Source: Hydrolagus affinis
Lineage: Eukaryota
Assembly (NCBI GenBank): GCA_012026655.1
Contig: JAAILG010001248.1
Location: forward strand, 1-64,000
Direction: 5' to 3'
Length of the DNA: 64,000 nt
Part shown: positions 12,637 to 24,624 of the stretch, one piece after another
Layout: each line of letters opens with the position of its first letter
Position numbering within the stretch: the first letter of the stretch is position 1
The notes under the pieces: model-generated
Database searches by the model: none
What the model saw: only the letters and a program-made list of their open reading frames with translations
What the model was told of the DNA's origin: nothing
Position numbers and translations under genes: made by a program

Positions 12637-13011
12637 TGTTTTCAAGTCCCTCCACTCCTCTGCATCCCTCTACCTCTCTGACCTCCACTCTCCCCAAACC
12701 AGCCCCCGCTGCCTTCGCTCCACCGGGTCTGGCCTCCTCCATGTCCCCCAAATCCTCCGCTCCACCTTCTGCGGCCGTGCTTTCAGCCACTATGCCCTAA
12801 GGCTCTGGAACTCCCTTCCTCACTCCCTTCGCCTTGCCCCCTCTCTTACTAGTTTCAGGTCACAGCTAAAGACCTTTCTCTTCAAACGCGCCTTTGGTCA
12901 CCTTTCTATCCCTGCCACTGGCTCAGTCCCGGGATCCACTACTGTGAAGCGCTCTGAGACGCTGTCCGGGATGGAAGGCTCTATATAAATCAAAGTTGTT
13001 GTTGTTGTTGT
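12637..13011 (+). mobile_element. L2 LINE 3' end (tail type A)
   Basis: FKSLH...LYLSDL...RCLRS...GRAFSHYALRLWNSLP in ORF 12551..12988; (GTT)n tail. Confidence 0.88.
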
Positions 13012-13084
13012 GTACATTCAGCTATTTATATATGTCCTACTGATTCTCCTATACAAAAAATCCATATATTTAGCAACATTTAAC

Positions 13085-13190
13085 AAACTGTTTGTGATTA
13101 TAAACAATATATAGTCAATTCACTATAGGGTATATTCTGTGAAGTGCTTCGAGACATCTCGAAGACATGATAAGGCGACATACAATTTCA
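13085..13190 (+). mobile_element. Deu-domain SINE tail fragment
   Basis: gtcaattcact..tatattctgtgaagtgcttcgagacatctcgaagacatgataaggcg. Confidence 0.7.
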
Positions 13191-13269
13191 TAAGTTTACA
13201 GTGGGCCCAATAAATGCAAACGGAACTTAGGTTTTACATGTTGGAGCAGAGTTCTTGTAGTGATGTAAG

Positions 13270-13645
13270 AATAATAATAATAATCCTTGCATTTGATATT
13301 GGGCTTTTCATGTCTTCTGGATGTCTCAAAGTGCTTCACAGAATATACTGCAAAATGAATTGACTGTAAATATGTGGGTGAAACACGGCAGCCAATTGCG
13401 CACAGCAGTGTCCCCACAAACAGTCGTGGATTGACATCTGCTAAATTGAATGGTTCGGGTGGCTTCATGAATCTTCAGAGCAAAAGTCTAAATGACCAAT
13501 TTATTATTGTTTTTTTCTTTTTCAAGGGATTATTATCAGGCAGGTGAAGTAAGGAAACTTGCCCAAGGTTTTGCCCTGCCTGGAATCAAACTTGGGTCTT
13601 TCATTTGCAAGGCGAGTGCTCTAACCACTGAACTGCAGGACTCCA
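13270..13645 (-). mobile_element. Full-length tRNA-derived Deu-domain SINE (with about 50-bp internal insert)
   Basis: tRNA-like head near 13580-13645, Deu core 13380-13430, tail plus (TTA)n. Confidence 0.85.
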
Positions 13646-13867
13646 TAGTTCTGGATAACAATTCAAACTAAAATCTGCACAACAGTAACTACCATTATTA
13701 TAGCCTAGATTAGCTCATTTCAGAGTGCTAATGTACAGAGGGATTTAAATGCCACACATAGGTACTTTAGAAACTGCCATCACACTATATACAGTATAAT
13801 TAATCGTAGATATCGCAACATACCTATAAAATGTATAAAATGACAGGTTACGCCTGCTGGTACCTAC

Positions 13868-14008
13868 CATCAGAGTCTGGAACTTGAATACAGCGTCTTC
13901 CTGTGCTATCCAAGACCATTGGGTGTGTGCAGAAACAGTCAAATGAGCCCTCAGTGTTGCTACACTGACCATCAATGCAGCTAGCTGCATCATGACATTC
14001 ATCGATAT
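13868..14008 (-). CDS. LTBP1: LTBP1 pre-TB4 cbEGF exon, duplicate copy A (DIDECHDAASCIDGQCSNTEGSFDCFCTHPMVLDSTGRRCIQVPDSD)
   Basis: 141 nt; ttatag| ... |gtaggt; open frame, 6 Cys. Confidence 0.9.
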
Positions 14009-14778
14009 CTATAAGTGAAGGAAAGAATTTGGTACCTCAGTGGGTAACACCATTTTACAGGAAAGCACAGCAATTCAGTAAAGGTAAAATGTTCTCTTTG
14101 TCCTTCTTCCACTTTTTCTCAAACGACAGAGGAAACCTTAAAACAATCCCACGAATGTGGTCAATTTAACCAAAGAGGTCAGTGTTTTTGCCGTTCTTAT
14201 TTCATTTCAGGAAAGTGGATTGAAAAGGTAACTAAAAACCTACTCTAGAAGGTGGCGAGGGAGGGGGGAAGGCTAAAGAACTTGGTCAGTGGGCCAGAGC
14301 ATTATAAGGTAGCAATTTTCGACCACACGATTATGATGATACATTACACTAGATGAGAAACTGGAGAACAGCCAGTGTTTGAGAGTCCTGCACCACTTTG
14401 AGTGGCCTTGTTTCACTGCAGAGTAAAATATGGCTTTGAGATATTCTCCTACATGAAAGGCACTACATAAATACAGATTATTTTGTTTTGTGGACCAACG
14501 TGGCAGCCAATTTGCTCAAAGTAACATCCCACAAACAGCAACAAAGTACTGTAAATGGTCAGTTTCATTTTTACTGTGTGCTGTAGTTTGAGTCATTTTT
14601 AATAGTTTCTTGAGGTCATGACTCACGGTAAGATCAAACTGCTAATGTGGTCAAGATTCCTCAATCGGTTTGCTAACCATATTGGTGAGCAAACTGTACC
14701 AGTAGTTGTGAACACAAGCATATAGTAACATTTTCTGCAGTAATCTGCAGTATTCCAACATATAAGAAAATCACTTAC

Positions 14779-14907
14779 CGAGGCACTGTAGTTTAACAGG
14801 GTCGTAATACAAGCCCTGTCTGCAGTAGCACTCATAGCCGGGCTGAGTGTTCAAGCAAAATCCATTCTTACAGATTTCTTCTCTAAATATGGCACATTCG
14901 TCAGCAT
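14779..14907 (-). CDS. LTBP1: LTBP1 cbEGF exon after TB3 ([43 protein letters not shown])
   Basis: 129 nt; ttacag| ... |gtaagt; translated by hand; very close to recalled LTBP1 [29 protein letters not shown]. Confidence 0.96.
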
Positions 14908-15479
14908 CTGTAATCAGAAACCAAAAGAATGTATAAACCAAATGACTTTATTGAAAGATGAGGCTGGTCTTATACCTTGCTCTATAGCTGCTCGTATAGC
15001 TGACTATTAGTTCCATTTTCTTACCTATGAAGTAGACCAGGATGGTCCAACCAATTTAGGGCAGAGGGACGAACCTCACACGCGAGAGATGTCCATTGGC
15101 TACCTAAACTATATTTTTGTTTTCCCTTCCAGAAACATAAATAGTCATATAGAAATCCTAGGTTTTAAATTGTGTGACTTATCACTTAGCAATGATCATC
15201 CCAAATGGCAAAAGAATGCAACAAGCTTTTTCAATGTATTAAAGTCAAAACACAAGATATAAACTCATCACATGGAGGCCCCAACAGAGAACGCTCCACA
15301 AAACCCAAACAAATTAAGCGCAAATTGCAAAACTAACAAACGATGAAGATACTTTTGGATAAAGATTGTTTTGAATATATAATTCAAATAATATCAACAA
15401 TATACGAAACAAATTTCATACAATCCACTCTAAATCTACATACAGTATAATCAAATTATTTTACTTAATATACATTTCC

Positions 15480-15975
15480 ATGACATTTAGAAGTCCACTG
15501 AATGTCTCAGTGTGAACATTATACAAGCCAGTATATTTGTTGTATTTTGTCTTGTGTCGTGATATTACTTGCAAGCAAACAAGGCACTGAGCTTTTCCAT
15601 TATTTAAATAATCCCTCAAAAAAGTAGATTTTGTGAAGCTCTTTTGGAGATGTCTAGAAGACGTGAAAAGCGCTATATCAAATGCAAGGATTATTATTAT
15701 AATATATAATAACAATAATAAAAGACAATTTCCCACTTACACTCTATTTTGCACTTCTAGATTCTGTTTCTTACTTGGCCTAGATTCTCGCTGTGTCTCC
15801 CCAGGTTACATTAGAAGTCCTCAAGCTCCGCCTGTCTTTCTGTTACTCTCCGTGCGGCCTTCTCCTGCTGCAGCGAGCAGACCAACCACAAGAGAGATGC
15901 GGGGTGGGGAGATAAATCTAAAGTACAAAATGGTTTGCAGGCCACATAAAATCTCCTGCCAGGCCGCCCAAGTGC
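15480..15975 (-). mobile_element. Degenerate hAT (Buster/Charlie-like) fragments interrupted by a SINE tail at about 15630-15700
   Basis: Peptide DYLNNGKAQCLVCLQVISRHKTKYNKY resembles the GK.CL.C...RH..KH N-terminus of Buster/SPIN transposases; gcaggccacataaaat..ggccg resembles Charlie-type subterminal sequence. Confidence 0.45.
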
Positions 15976-17524
15976 TGTCTGTTGGGGACCACACTGAGGT
16001 AGACCATTGTTAGATCCTTCAGATGAGACAGTAAATTGTGGCCCCATCTGCGTATTCTTGTGGATAGTCAAGATCCCATGACACTATTTGAGGAAAGGGG
16101 CATCTCCTAGTACAGTACTAAGCTAAAAATACCCAGAAAAAATTGATCATTATCTTCAGGATTGTTTGACGGACACGGCTGTATACAAATTATCTCCTCT
16201 TTTCTCACAATGTGATTTCATTAACTTTAAAATACTATAGAGATCAGATCATACTTCTTATATTTGGTTAATGTAGCTACTTCACCACCAGACAGGCAGC
16301 ACACTCACCCAACTAGCATTTATATGTATTTTCAGCTCAGATTTGCTAATGCAAAGTATTGCTGGAAGATCGCAATCTCTATTCTACACAAGACTTTGTT
16401 GGTCTTTGATCTTCATTATACAGAGATTGTCTGACATGAGTGTATCACTGCCCAAATACTTCTGCGATTCAGTACACTGTACATCTGTGCTTTGTTAAAC
16501 TTGAAGCTAAGGAAAAACATATTTATAAGGCAATTTAGGTTTTTTAGTATCTACAGTCTGATTTTTTCCATTGAAATAAAACCACAGGTTTTTCCAATTG
16601 ACAGCTGAGCAGTTGAACCCTCAGCAACTGAGTAGGAATTAATGCAGTAAGAAATGTATCATTAAATCCCTATAAATATAATCCCCATTTAACCGAATTC
16701 TTGGCAATTTGCTACCATATGCAATATGGAAATTCCATATGCAAATTGCCCCACGTCTCAATCTTCATTTTAATGCTGCCGCTATAATCGAGGTTGATGA
16801 TGTATTGGTACTTTGCTTTTCCTGACATACTCTACTGTGAATCACATATTTGCGTAAAGGTACGATACAAATGTAATTTTGTTGTTGTGTTGTATTAACT
16901 GTCAGGAATGGGGTCACTTGGCTGTGTCCCAAGTGATTATTATATCAACCACATTCTGGTCAAAGTGTGCTTCACATTCCTGCAGTAAGTGTACAGTGCA
17001 TCGATCATTAATGTTTAGCAAGCCTGCTTACATTATTACTTTTAGTAAAACTTGGGACCATTCCAACTCACAGCAGTAACTCTCACCACTATCTCCACTT
17101 ACTTTAAGTGCTGTCTAGTATTGAATTAGCAGCTGTCCTGTGTTCTTCCCTATCTTGTTGCGCTCTCCCTGTTTCCACCAATGCTGAGGTTTGAGCCAGG
17201 CACTGCGAGATAGATATGAGCATCCTGGGCAAGACTTACCTTCTGAATTCTCTCCCCTACCCACCACTGGAGCAACTGCATAGTTTCTGTAGTTCTCTAC
17301 ATCTAGGAAACCAGGTGAACTGATTGATTGTTCCCTCATCCTCAGGGATGGATGACGCTGTTCCAACATACTGCGACCCCAGCCCTCCCACTTCTACTCC
17401 AATGAAGAAAGTGACAGAAACATCCCATGATATAATTATACCAGCCTAACAAGCTCCTTCAACAAACAAGGCTTCATATTCATGGCTTTTAATTCCACGT
17501 GAAATAAAACCTGATCCATTTGAC

Positions 17525-17912
17525 CTCAAAGCTCTCAACAGCCTTGCTCCTTCCTACCTCTGTGACCTGCTAACTCCATGTCAACCTGTCTGCTCCCTCC
17601 ATTCAGCAGGCTCCGGCCTGCTCCATGTCACCTGTCCAGCCAGTCCCAACATTAGTGGTCAGACCTTCAGTTTTTCTGTCCCCACCCTTTGGAACTCCAT
17701 CTCACAGTCCCTCCGCCTCGCCCCCTCCCTTGCCTCCTTCAAAGTGCGTCTCAAGACCCTTCTCTTCAACTGCACATTCAGACATCCTCCTATGTCCCCT
17801 GCCCTCCACCTTTCCTAATCCCAATCCCCCACCACCACTCAGATCCAAATCCTTAACTGTCCAGCGCCTTGGGACGTCTTCTCGACGTGAAAGACACTAT
17901 ACAAATATAATT
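17525..17912 (+). mobile_element. L2 LINE 3' end (tail type B)
   Basis: ttggaactccatc..gtccctccgcctcgccccctcc..ttcaaa; tail cagcgccttgggacgtcttctcgacgtgaaa. Confidence 0.8.
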
Positions 17913-18319
17913 TTAGAGTTCTATTTGAACAATAATCATCATCCTTGCATTTGCCATAGCAATTTATCACGTGATTGAGATACTTCAAAGTGCTTCACAG
18001 GATGTACTGTAAAGTGTAGTGACTGCTCTCACCGCTCCCCAGACACTGGCCTGCTTCTCGCTCCCATTCTGCTGGCTACACTATCGGCTTTTCTGCTCCT
18101 ACTCTATGGAACTCATTTGCCTCACCTCTTTCCTCACCCCTTTAAGGTCTGCGTCAAGACTTTCATCTTTAACTGCATCTTCATTCATCTCCCTCCCCTC
18201 CCACCACCACTAGACCTCTCCGACCACTCCCAAAATCCAACCCCCAGCTTGGGAGTAACTGTCCAGTTCCTTGGGACGTCCACCTGAAGTGAACAGCATT
18301 ATAGAAATGCAATTTGCTG

Positions 18320-18530
18320 TTTTTGTAGCCAAATGCAGCAGCCAATTTATGCACAGCAATGTCCCACAAACATTCAAATGAATGCGGGACATGAAATGAA
18401 TCACTAATTGTTTCTGTGAGGTTGTTGGCCAGGACACCAAGAGAAATTCCCATCTTATTGAAGTAGTGCCATGGGATTTTTAATGTCCACCAAAATAGGC
18501 AAACAGAACCTCAATTTAATGTCTCTACAC
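18320..18530 (-). mobile_element. Older long Deu-domain SINE fragment
   Basis: gcagccaatttatgcacagcaatgtcccacaaac...gttggccaggacaccaagagaaa...gtgccatgggattttt; similar to 48240-48640 and 51830-52145. Confidence 0.65.
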
Positions 18531-18939
18531 TAGAAATATGCTAAATGTCAAGTAAAAATACATTGCATGTGTGAGTGTTTAGCTGTTTTATTAACTCACA
18601 GTGAAGAGCTGTCAGAAAATTGCAAGTGAAGATTCGTGCTTAGCTTTGTTGACACTTTGAAGTATATGCTACAACCACAAAAATGAAATTGTGAATGAGT
18701 CAAGTCTTGCTTGTTTGAGATAAAGCTCTTTCTTCCTATTATTTGGAAGCAGCTGGCGTGTTTTCAGTTCATCTAACCATTCAAACGGAGTCAAAGTCAC
18801 TTACTCCTCGCGTCAGTGAAGCATGGACAATCTGGTCTAGACTGATATGAGGGAGTCTGGCTTGTATAATCCCCTCTTCAGAATATGGTAAACTGCTATA
18901 ATTAGCTCTTCTGAACTAATTTTGATGCCAGATTGTTTC

Positions 18940-19905
18940 AACAACAATAGCAACAATTTGCATTTATACAGCGCCCTCCATGCTGGGCAGCGTCTCAGAG
19001 AGTTTAACAATGCTAGAGCCCTAGGCTGAGACAGGGGACAGGGGAAAGATGCCTGTAGGCGCGGTCTGAAGATGGGGAAGGAGGGGGTGAGGTGAAGGGG
19101 AGTTTAAAAGTATTGGGACGGAGTGACTGAAGGCACTGCTGCCGATGGTGGAGCAGAGGATTTGGGGGACAAGGAGGAGGCCAGGCACAGTTGAGTGGAG
19201 GCAGCAGGTACTGCTGTGAGGAGAGAGAGGAGGTTAGAGAGGTAGGGAGCAGGAATCAGCCAAGGAATGAAGGAATTTAAACACTAGAGTGAGGATCTTG
19301 AAGTTGATCCGCTCTGTGATAGGAGCCAGTGGAGTTTGGCAAGGACTGTGGTAATTGGGCTACGACGTTTGGTGTGAATTTTGAATCAGCTGAATTTTGC
19401 GAACGGTAGAGGAGACTGGTGAGAAGAGCGTTGGAGTAGTCCAGCCGAGAGATGACAAAAGCATGGACCAGGAATTTGGCAGCTTTTGGGATGAGTTATT
19501 GTCGGAGACGGGCAGTGTGGTGGAGGTAGAAGAAAGCAATGCTGGTCAGGGACCGGATGTGAGGGATGAACAGAAAACTGAGGATCAAACCTCATGCCTA
19601 AGTTATGCACGGATTTGGAGAGTTTTATGGACATGTTGGGTAGGTTGAGGAGGTTGGAACCATGGGACAGACACCGACAATGGGAGCCAAAGAGTATGGC
19701 TTTGGTCTTGTTGATGTTTAACTGCAGGATATTTGTGCTCATCCAGCTCTTGATGTCCAACAGATAAGCTGACAGAGCACCAGGGGATGCAGCTGGAGAT
19801 AAAAAGTGGAGTTTGATCCATATCTGTGGATGACATCACCGAGAGGGAGCATATAGATGAGGGAGAGAAGAGGGCCAAGGATGGATCCTTGGGGTACCCC
19901 ACAGA
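18940..19905 (-). mobile_element. L2 LINE reverse-transcriptase fragment with 3' tail
   Basis: [24 protein letters not shown] and [24 protein letters not shown] in ORFs 19739..19966 and 19386..19760; frameshifted. Confidence 0.9.
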
Positions 19906-20509
19906 TGATTAATTTCATAGCTATCTGTGTGTGAAAATTAGCTGTCATTTTGCCCACAAAACACACAATGACTGCCTTTTACAGTATATCTTGTGAAATG
20001 CTTTGGAACAACACTCAGAGGTAAAGGCACAATACCACATTTAAAGATTATTATTATTACGTCCCATGTCGGAAGTTTTCAGGCTGACACTTGACCTCAA
20101 AAAACAAAACTTAACCCATTCACATCTCCATTTTCGTGGTTTTAAATCTTTGAAAGGGATTTAAAAAAAGGGTTCGCGAAGCTAAGCAAAGCTCAAATGT
20201 TCAATTGCAATTCTTTGACAGCTACTCACTGCTAGTTAATAAAACGGCTAAAAGTCCACAAGTACAAAGTAATTTGACTTGATACTCAGTGCTTTTCTCA
20301 CGTAGAGACAGAAATTCCCACTTGTCTGTTCAGGTGGACGTTAATGTCACCATTCAAAAAGAGAAGGAAATTTCTCCTGGTATTGACAAAAATTGCTGTG
20401 TGCAATTGGCTGCTGTGCTCACCTGAAACAGCCACCACACTTTATAGTGATGTAGCACTTTGAGACCTTTTGATGTGTATATCAGATGTGAGGATATCTA
20501 TTACTACTA

Positions 20510-21040
20510 ATAATAATATTAATCCTTGCATTTGATATAAAGCCTTATCATGTCTTCTAGACTGATTCTCAAAGCACTTCACAGAATATACTGTAAAGTG
20601 AACTGACTGTATATTTGTAGGCAAAATGCGGCAGCCAATTGTACACAGCAGCGTCCCACAAACAGTCGTGGATTGAGTGACTAATTTATTATTATTTTAA
20701 TAAATAATGTCAAGTGAGAACTACATCAGACTCAGTTCCCCAGGCATAAAACCTATCAGGCTTACCATAGTGAAAATAGTCACTTGGATGAGGTACCATA
20801 ATTTCCTCCTGTGCCTTTATAAAATTATATGAAAATTATTGTTGATAATAATAATCTTTACATTTGATATAGGACCTTATCATGTTGCTGAGACACCTCA
20901 AGGCACTTCACAAAATATACAATTAAGTGGATTGAGTGTCTATTTTGTGGGTGAAATGCTACAGGCAATTGAGCACAACACATAAACCATTGTGGACTGA
21001 GTTTGTGGACTAACAAAAATAATTGTTTTAAAGGGATTAT
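20510..21040 (-). mobile_element. Two tandem Deu-domain SINE 3' halves (about 20510-20690 and 20845-21040)
   Basis: Repeated ataatccttgcatttgatata...cacttcacagaatatactgtaaagtg pattern. Confidence 0.75.
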
Positions 21041-21188
21041 CAATTAATTATTCATTTGTTGTATCAGAAATTAGTTCCATATTTCAAAACATAATTAATC
21101 TGGTGGACAAGTTACACACAAGATACTGTACATGGCAGATTAGTGAAACTGCCCAGCAGATTAGTGAAACTGTAGGTGCAATTCTGAC

Positions 21189-21275
21189 CTGTGAAATTGT
21201 ATGCGCTGATTCCATATGCTGAGTCTCCATTGCCTATCATGCCTTTTCCCTCTGGACACATGGCAGCGAACCCGG
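21189..21275 (-). CDS. LTBP1: LTBP1 TB3 exon 2 plus linker (SGFAAMCPEGKGMIGNGDSAYGISAYNFT)
   Basis: 87 nt; tctcag| ... |gtcaga; supplies the 8th Cys (MCP-GKG). Confidence 0.92.
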
Positions 21276-22413
21276 CTGAGAAATAAAATACAGAGTTATT
21301 CCCCAAGAAAAAGGAATTACTGGGTCATCAAAGGCAAATGTTCTTTACAAGGTGGTCTGACATACATGTAGACATCCATCACAAAGGTTAATCGTCCAAA
21401 TCTTGTTACTTAATCCTAGAGAATGGAGGTGGACAAGAGTCAAGGTTTAGGGAGGGCAACAGGTATGCTGAGATGGAGAGTTTTCACCTGCTAAAATAGC
21501 CCAGCCTATCACCGTAAAGCATCTTGGGACGTCCTCCTGACGTGAAAGGTGCTCTATAAATGTAATTTTGTTGTTGAAAAGAACTGGCAAGTTTCCTTCT
21601 TAGGAGCATCTGACCTGTTTGAGTTTGAGCTTTCAGCTTAACAGGGTTCTATTCTAGTAGGAAGAATCCAATACCTTGGCTAAATTATGGGAAGCCTGAA
21701 CCTCTTCATGGTCTTAGAGGTAAGGAATGTCTTACAATTTAATTTGTACACAAATGGAACTGCAGAAAAACAGGTCAAAAATTAAGATTCAATTCAAGAA
21801 TGTTCCAAAGTTCTGCATAATATTGCATTTTAAGTGAGTCGTCCAGAAGCTTAGACTATGATAAATTTTGAAACATTACAAAGAAAGGAATGCGAATATA
21901 TAAATACGTAAAAATGTACAGCACCTCACGGGGTTGCCCACTGTTGAAGACCTTCCAACACTCATTCTCTGACCTCACACATGATGATTGATCTCTAGGA
22001 TATAAGGTACCGGAGATACCAGAGGCTGATACTTCCCAGCCTAAGACCATGAGGAATTTCAGGCACAAAGTCTACCACACACTCAGAGAAAGTACTTCCA
22101 GCATAACAATACTGTAAAGCACAACAATACATCATTCCTAGACTCTCGTACTGCCCATGGAACTTTACCATAAATCAGCTCCATCAGGAGAGGAAAAGAG
22201 AATCAACTCGGGAATGGTGGGAATATAAGTAACACTCAATAAAGTATCAAATTTGATATGGAACAACAGCAACAACAACAAAATTACATTTGTATAGCGC
22301 CTTTCACGTCGAGAGGACATTCCAAGGCATTGAGACGGAGGGAGGATCAAGCAAACATCTTGAGTAGATGCCTAATCAGATCAAGAGCTCCAAAGATCTA
22401 GAGTTAAACTTAC

Positions 22414-22575
22414 AAGTGCCAAACACTGGGCAGGGGAAGATTTCGCAGTTGTCGCCCCAGCCCGCTCCAAGCGTACAGCAACACTTCTCTTTGGTGATAT
22501 TCGAAGCCAGGACGTTGTCACAGAAGTTAGTATCATCTAGATTGTAGTAGCATTCCTTTTTCTCTTCTTCTGTCA
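22414..22575 (-). CDS. LTBP1: LTBP1 TB3 (8-Cys, TGF-beta/LAP-binding) exon 1 ([54 protein letters not shown])
   Basis: 162 nt using the first AG after the poly-T tract (an in-frame CAG 6 nt downstream would start the exon at 22569); donor |gtaagt; CCC motif and EIFP insertion. Confidence 0.93.
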
Positions 22576-22647
22576 CTTGACCAAGAAAAAAAAAAGTTCT
22601 GATATATCAATGAAAGACTTTAACTGAGTGAGTTAATAAAAAAAATT

Positions 22648-22885
22648 AACAACAATAACAAAATTACACTTGTATAGTGCCTTTCACGTCAGAAGGACAT
22701 CCCAAGGCACTGGACAGTTATTGAATTCAGACCCAAGCTGAGGACAGGGGGCAGAGGGAGGAAGTTGCCGATGGGTCCATCGAAGAGGAGAGTCTTGAGG
22801 CGAGACTTGAAGGAGGCTAGGTAGGGGGTGAGGCGCAGGGACTTCGGGATGGAGTTCCAGAGGTTGGGGGCAGAGTGGCTGAAGA
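22648..22885 (-). mobile_element. L2 LINE 3' end (tail type B)
   Basis: (CAA)n, gtgcctttcacgtcagaaggacatcccaaggc, ggatggagttccagag. Confidence 0.8.
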
Positions 22886-23924
22886 TTAACCAGAATCTTC
22901 AAACCTCATTCGCATCCTAATTATCTGATAATATCAGCCTTCTTTGTTCCTCGATCAACAACTCTATTGGAGATAAGCCATAAATGATCTTCAGCTTCCA
23001 CATCCACATGTATACCCCAGTATACACAACTGACCAAGACATGCAACTGTCCTGCACATATCTGGTAAAATATTCTGGTAAGAATATCACAGGCTCACTT
23101 ACTTTGGCCATGTAACATTTTTAACCGTATGAGAAATGAGGCAACCAATAAGCGTGGGATGTTCTAACCAGTGATGGGCCCAATATTCTGAACAGCCAGC
23201 TGAAACTATCACCTCCTTATTGATTAATTTTTCCACACATAACCACATAATCTGTATTTCGGAGATATCAGACAATGTGATCTTTGAACTAGATATGTTA
23301 AGTTACACACAATTTTGTTGAAGTGTAAAACTGGATTTATTTTCGCCACAACCTTCACTTTCACATCAGAGGCTGACGTATGTAATGGAGTACGCAGGCG
23401 GTTAGCATAAACATATATGGTGTAGTACTGCATTCTGTAATTCACAGAGCGAGTTATCTTGCCTGTGACATGGGAGGACAATTATTATCAATAATAATAA
23501 AATCCTTACACATATATACACTCAATTCATTTGACATTATACTCTTTAAAACGCTTTGAGACGTCTAGAAGACATGAAAAGCGCTAGACCAAAATGCAAG
23601 GATTATTATTATTTGATATGGTGCCTAGCATGTTGAGAGGACATTTCAAAGCACTCTGCAGGATTTCCTGGCAAGTGTGGTCACTGTGCATTTTGCAGTG
23701 AATTGCACTTGAATGGGAGCAATATTTGGTTCAACAGATGGTAATTATTTCGCATTTACTGAGATCTCATTTATTTTGTTTTCTTTTCTATTTGCGTACC
23801 TATTTTCATAACAACGTGAAATAGACTGTGGTTTCTTTGAGTTCGTAATGATCTCCAATCTGTTCTGCATTAGCTAAAGGTATAAAAACTGGTATTTATG
23901 GCCTCAGGAATACATGAAGTGATC

Positions 23925-24300
23925 TGTATGGCAAGCTGAACGGAGGGGACGGGCAGGCTGATAGGGAGATAGCAGGTTGGAGAGATAGGCGGGGGCAAGG
24001 CCGTGAATGACCTTGAAAGTGAGGACGAGGATCTTGAATTCGACCCTCTGGGAGATGGGGAGCCAGTGGAGATGGGCGAGGGTGGGAGTGATGTGGTCGC
24101 GGAGCCTAGTGCAGGAGAGTACACGAGCTGCAGAGTTCTGAATAATCTGCAGCTTGTGAAGGGAGCAGCTGGAAAAGCTGTCGAGGAGAGAGTTCCTATA
24201 GTCGAGCCTAGATGTGATGAATGTGTGGATGAGTGATTCAGCAGCATAGGGGGTGAGGTAGTGGAGGGGTCTGGCAATGTTGAAGCAATAAAACAGCCTG
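23925..24300 (-). mobile_element. L2 LINE ORF2 fragment
   Basis: Minus strand encodes SRLDY-NSLL..LP...LHKLQIIQNSAAR-like and FKILVLTFK motifs. Confidence 0.8.
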
Positions 24301-24624
24301 TTGTCACTGATCAGCTACAAAGAATGTCCGTGATCCTAAACGGAGGTCAGGATCCAGCAGAACCCTGCCCGAGCATCTCAGGGACAGTTTAACTTTATAA
24401 ATTTAATGGTCCAGATGTATCAGAAACAACCCATTCCCTCCAAAACCAGTCTGAATGACGATGTCTGTGAATTCTGCCTCTGGATCAAGCATTTGAATTT
24501 GATCTTCATTAAGTGGGATAAGTGCCTTGAATATTATCTTTCACACCAAAGCATGATTTAAATTGTAGGCGAAAACTAAGAAACATCATTTTCGAGGCTG
24601 TGCATAAAAATATAATCCTTGTAT

